Of a stretch of 64,000 nt of DNA, positions 52,171 to 64,000 are shown in pieces. This stretch comes from Amoebidium appalachense (Eukaryota > Protista > Ichthyosporea), in NCBI GenBank assembly GCA_963693365.1, contig CAVNZM010000005.1:11431728-11495727 (forward strand). Reading direction: 5' to 3'. Each line of letters begins with the position of its first letter. The first letter of the stretch is position 1. A program made the translations under genes and the position numbers. The notes beneath the pieces were generated by a model that saw only the letters and a program-made list of their open reading frames with translations, did no database searches and was not told the origin of the DNA.

Positions 52171-52943
52171 TCTAGAAAGCAGACAGTATTCTTACTACGG
52201 GATGTTTGGGTTGTGCGCATGCGGTGCTGGCCATTTTTTTGGGTGTTGGTGTGGCAGCACTGTGACTGGCAGTGCAGAGCACGTGCACGGCTGGCTGATG
52301 AGTCAGTGAGCCCGAGTCGACATCTCTGAAAAAGCCGCCATATTGCGAGGATGCCATTCCTGATTGGGTGTCTCGATTATGAAATAAACCAATGGACAAG
52401 GGCAATGGCGCAAGAAATTCAGCTGTGAGTGGCTCATCCTAACAAATGTAGAGCCAATAAATCACCCGTGACTCAAGTAAATTGCTTGAAAAAGATCTAA
52501 TAGAAAAAGACTGCGTGCCTACTTAAGTCCCATGTACTTGTATTTGTGTCGATAAAAAACTTATTTATGCTCTTTGAATAACTTTGATTACTTTAAAGTA
52601 TTGTTTCTGTTTCTCTACCTTCTAATGTATTTTGTATAAGTTATCTTGGTTAACGAAAGCTCAATTGTAGCCGGTATCCAGATAAAACCCCATCTCCCAC
52701 GGTCATCATGTCACTGTGGCACATGGACTGCGGAACAACAAATGAAATTTCAGCACTCACATTGTTGTGTTGATGCTTTTTGTTCTGATTCTCTGAAGTG
52801 TTGATAAATAACCTTTTTCCTCTACATGTTCAATTCACTATTCAAACAAAAGAACACAATTCTGACCGTTTTTTTCTCTCTCTCATCCAAATTCCGCTGC
52901 TTTTGCCCTAGAAAATCTTTCGTTCTAAAGAACAGCCACAAAC

Positions 52944-54365
52944 ATGGGTCGCAGTGTTTCAAAACGGCAGGTAGCCACACTTAGTCTTGTGTGCATACTA
53001 CTCTTCTTTGCAGGTTTAGTTTCTTCCTGTGGCGACCACAATGACCAACAACACCATAGAAGGGATGTGGTTGCAACAGCACAACCGACAGATGTCTCAG
53101 CACACGCCAAACACACGCTGACTTTGAGAAGCTCTACCGGCATGAGGTTAACGCGTGGTGCCCAAGCTGCGGGCAGTGTTTCAATGGCCTGTCCTGTATG
53201 TGGCATGCAAGTCACCCCCGCAAGTCCCTATGTGGAGATTGTGGCGCAGAAGGGCACATCACAGAGAGTGTATGTGTGTTCGTCGGATCACGGCGAGGCT
53301 CTAAAGGCACACCCACACCAGTATATAGTCCCTTCCGACCCATCTCCTGGAAACAGTGAAATGACCCTCGTGCAGCCGGTGGTGGAGTGCCCGTTTTGCA
53401 AAATGGACGCGGCGATCCCCCACGCACTCCCAATGAAAGGCAACCAGACGATATACGCTTGTGAGATGCCCGAGCATTACAAGATGTTGAGAGAAAATGA
53501 AACTGCAATCAGTGAAAAGATGAGAGTGGTGGCAACGAACTCGACAGCTTCCTGCCCCGTGTGTGGTAGGCCTGTTACTGACCATTCTCCATACGTATCG
53601 ATCAAGGACGGCCAACAAAAGATCTATGCATGTTCACAGGGCCATGCGGAAAAGATATTCCAGAACCCCATGCAGTATGTGAATGTTATGGTGTCACCTA
53701 AGAGCACTAATAGCTTCACGCCAATAGAGCCAAAGAGGGAATGCCCGTTTTGCAGCATGGATGCGGTGGTGGAACATGGGGTGCATCTTAACGGCAGTCA
53801 GTCGGTGTATGCATGTCTGATGGTGGAGCACTATGAACGGCTGAAGAGGGAGAACGATATGAAGTCGTCATTTAGCGGCGTGGTAGTGGGTGATCAAATT
53901 ATGAACAACACTAGTAAGTTCTGTTTGGGATCGGGTACTGTTATGCTTAACGGCTTAACGTTTAGCACAGACATATGCATAACGTATTTGTTTGATGGTG
54001 TTGTGTTGAACGAGACATGGAAATATGCCCTGGCGTGCATGGGGACCTTTTTACTGTGTGCCTCAGTTCAGTGTTTGGTGTTTTTACGCTCAGATATCCA
54101 AAAACAGCAGAGTGAGGCGCAAACAATGGAAGATAGGCCACCCACTATCTCGGAGCTTGGGATAAATAGTTCTCTGTTTGGCCTTTCCGCCTTTTTGGGA
54201 TATCTTATCATGCTTTTGACTATGACGTTCTCTTTTCCTATCCTGTTGATGGTAGTGTTTGGGCTCACGGCAGGCCATTTTGGCTGTTCTATGTACTATC
54301 GTCAAAAGCAGGTTAGCCTGATGGTGAAGTATGATATGGGCACGGCATGTAGTGGGTGCTCGTAG
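52944..54365 (+). CDS. Ctr-family copper transporter with signal peptide and four TRASH/YHS-like CxxC metal-binding modules, 473 aa
   Basis: Modules CPVCG..VYVCSSDH, CPFC..IYACEMPEH, CPVCG..IYACSQGH, CPFC..VYACLMVEH. Ctr core LFDGVVL..YALAC, MLLTM (MxxxM), GLTAG (GxxxG). C-terminal CSGCS. Confidence 0.9.
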   Translation: MGRSVSKRQVATLSLVCILLFFAGLVSSCGDHNDQQHHRRDVVATAQPTDVSAHAKHTLTLRSSTGMRLTRGAQAAGSVSMACPVCGMQVTPASPYVEIVAQKGTSQRVYVCSSDHGEALKAHPHQYIVPSDPSPGNSEMTLVQPVVECPFCKMDAAIPHALPMKGNQTIYACEMPEHYKMLRENETAISEKMRVVATNSTASCPVCGRPVTDHSPYVSIKDGQQKIYACSQGHAEKIFQNPMQYVNVMVSPKSTNSFTPIEPKRECPFCSMDAVVEHGVHLNGSQSVYACLMVEHYERLKRENDMKSSFSGVVVGDQIMNNTSKFCLGSGTVMLNGLTFSTDICITYLFDGVVLNETWKYALACMGTFLLCASVQCLVFLRSDIQKQQSEAQTMEDRPPTISELGINSSLFGLSAFLGYLIMLLTMTFSFPILLMVVFGLTAGHFGCSMYYRQKQVSLMVKYDMGTACSGCS

Positions 54366-55181
54366 AAGAGAGGAGTCACAGTAGTTTTTGATCATATCGC
54401 GCGACATAGAGACACTCCCGTTTTTTATGTTTTTTGTTGTTGTTGTTGTTGTTGATTTGGGGGGAGGGGAGGGGGGGGGGAGGGGGGGGGGGGGCAAGTG
54501 TCAGAAAAGGTGTTGCGAAGGTTTGTTTTTTTTTTTCCTGTTTTTTTTTCTTTTTTTTTTTCTGTTGTATAGTTTACCGTGATTTTGAAGGAAATTATGA
54601 AGCCTGTAGAATGGACAGGTTGGTATATATGCACCTTACGATCCACCGACCTATGAGCCAAATGTCAGTATACACATACTTCACCCTCGAATGATTATAA
54701 ATAGATCTCACCAGCTGGCCTGGTCTCACGCCTCAACTGCTATGCATGTCCCATGGAAAGGAAAGAGAAAGGGTGCTGCAAAATTACAGTATTTAGGGCG
54801 TGGTGGACCCTCCCCTCTCCTCCTTCTTCTTCTTCTTCTTAACTCTTCAGAACACATCCTTACCCGCCCAACTCCCCCCCTTCCCCTTGCCGCCTTTCCC
54901 ACCCACCCTCCTCCCTCAAAAAGAAAAAAAAAAGAAAAAATGCCACCGCCCCCACTACCATGACTGGGTTGGAAAAGTGTGGAATGCTTTATCCACCTTT
55001 AATTCAGTATATTTTCACTTCATTCAACATCAAAACTGGCGGTTCTACCTGGGTCCCTGGTTCGAACCCAACCTCCCCCCCCCCCCACTGATCTAGATCT
55101 GCTTTGTATAACCATATCTCCTCAACATTTCGTCTTGCGTTCCCACCTTATAAGTTTGCATTGCATGCGCAAAGAATCATA

Positions 55182-55213
<32 letters not shown>

Positions 55214-56127
55214 AAAAAAAAAACCCCACCCACCACCACACACACACACACACACACTCCCACCTAGTGCACACAGACAACCGGCTCACAAACAAATGAT
55301 TAACCGTCCAACTGCAGCTGATATGGTGACAGGGTTGCAGCCATGGAAGATGGTGGTGGTTTTGTGTGTAGATCTAGAAGGGGAAGGGGGGGGGGGGGAA
55401 GGGGGGGGAGGATGCAAGTATGCAACTACCAAATCGAACGTTGGGAGCTCGCCGGCAATTATTAAACCCAAGCACCTACTGACACTGACATATCTGTTTC
55501 TTTAAAACAGCAAATGTTTATTACTTTAATCACCAGACCTTACAGAAACACACTCAGGGATGCGGCCAGCCGCCCCTTGCTACAACTTCATTCACACGTT
55601 GAAACATTGGTGCACGTACGCATTTAACTTCATGCCTACTACACATTCGATCATAACATAACACAGTGCGTAAAAAAAGTTATCGCTTGTTTCTCCTAAC
55701 ACCTACTAGAGAATCTATTACCCTTATCCCATGCAAACTATAAACCTTAAAGCAAAGGGACCATAACCTCTCATAATCAGAGAAAGAAGAAAACCTACTA
55801 TTCCATGCATTGTCAATTGAGGAAACGTAATCCTGAAACAGCATACCACTAAGCAAAGCCCAAACTACTATTCCATGTGTTGTTGATAAAGCACTTGTGA
55901 TGCCACAACAGTAAAACACAGAGAAAAACCGAAACTAGAATAGAGAGAGAACCTTTTACAATTTAACAAATTGACAAAAAGACGCTTTAGGCTACACTAA
56001 ACGACACTCAAAAAGAGCCAAGAATCATCGCGTAAACACCACAACTTTCTTCACTATCTCTTCAGTAATGTCCCGCCACACACCACCACTGCATATCACA
56101 TATTCGATGCAGTTAGGCCACCCCCTC

Positions 56128-63318
<7,191 letters not shown>

Positions 63319-63365
63319 CTGCATGGGAATACGTGAATACACACATGAGTATGTGAATACATATT

Positions 63366-63545
63366 AGACCACAGGAATACGTGAATACCATTAGACCAGA
63401 GGAATACGTGAATACACATTAGACCACAGGAATACGTGAATACACATTAGACCACAGGAATACGTGAATACACATTAGACCACAGGAATACGTGAATACA
63501 CATTAGACCACAGGAATACGTGGATACCATTAGACCACAGGAATG
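63366..63545. repeat. Intronic minisatellite, ~28-bp unit ACCACAGGAATACGTGAATACACATTAG, ~6-7 copies
   Basis: Seen directly, just upstream of a PSME4 splice acceptor. Confidence 0.9.
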
Positions 63546-63938
63546 CATGAATAGACATAAGAGCGCAGGAATACGAAAACAAACATTAAGGAACAAACAT
63601 ACACGCATACACATATCAATGCACCGGAATACACATGTCACAGCACAGGAATACAAGAATACACATGCCAAACCATAGAACTACGGATATTATAGTTGTG
63701 CCATCTAACCACAAAGAAACCGTTAAACGCCTTTGTCGCACAACACAGCAAAACAGGGATTAGGAGGGTGGGTGGTGGAAATATGTCAAGGAAAACACGG
63801 ACATATACACCTACACAAACCCACCCGACCGGCCCCCGTCTGCTCGCCTGCCAGCCCGCCCGCAGGCACGAACACAGCAGGGCACAACAACAACAACAAA
63901 AAAAGCCACAAAAAACAAACAAAAAATCACGAGACTCC

Positions 63939-63980
<42 letters not shown>

Positions 63981-64000
63981 AGAATGCAAACAAACAAGCA

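Noticed and set aside
63366-63545. 28-bp repeats as a CRISPR array
   Set aside because: The copies are head-to-tail with no spacers, so this is an intronic minisatellite.

Overview
This is eukaryotic, intron-rich genomic DNA with GT-AG introns and very abundant (CA)n/(GA)n microsatellites and poly-G/C runs. An ichthyosporean-like unicellular opisthokont is a guess, not shown. Most ORFs in the six-frame track are microsatellite artefacts. Genes and elements rebuilt by hand: (1) a ~17-exon minus-strand gene for a membrane-anchored DxD (GT-A-like) + PL5-type alginate lyase protein (1647-12796); (2) an intact two-ORF LINE retrotransposon (13699-18070); (3) a 3-exon GNAT + ankyrin gene (23777-39774) whose 13.6-kb second intron holds an 11.5-kb (GA)n(GT)m satellite; (4) an intronless secreted SGNH hydrolase with a single in-frame TGA ahead of its catalytic His block; (5) a Helitron-type helicase fragment, an orphan ALDH exon and a divergent intact ORF resembling a two-OB-fold ssDNA-binding protein; (6) an intronless Ctr copper transporter with four TRASH/YHS-like CxxC modules; (7) the 3' part of PSME4/PA200. 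All family calls come from motif recognition by eye; no database searches were run.
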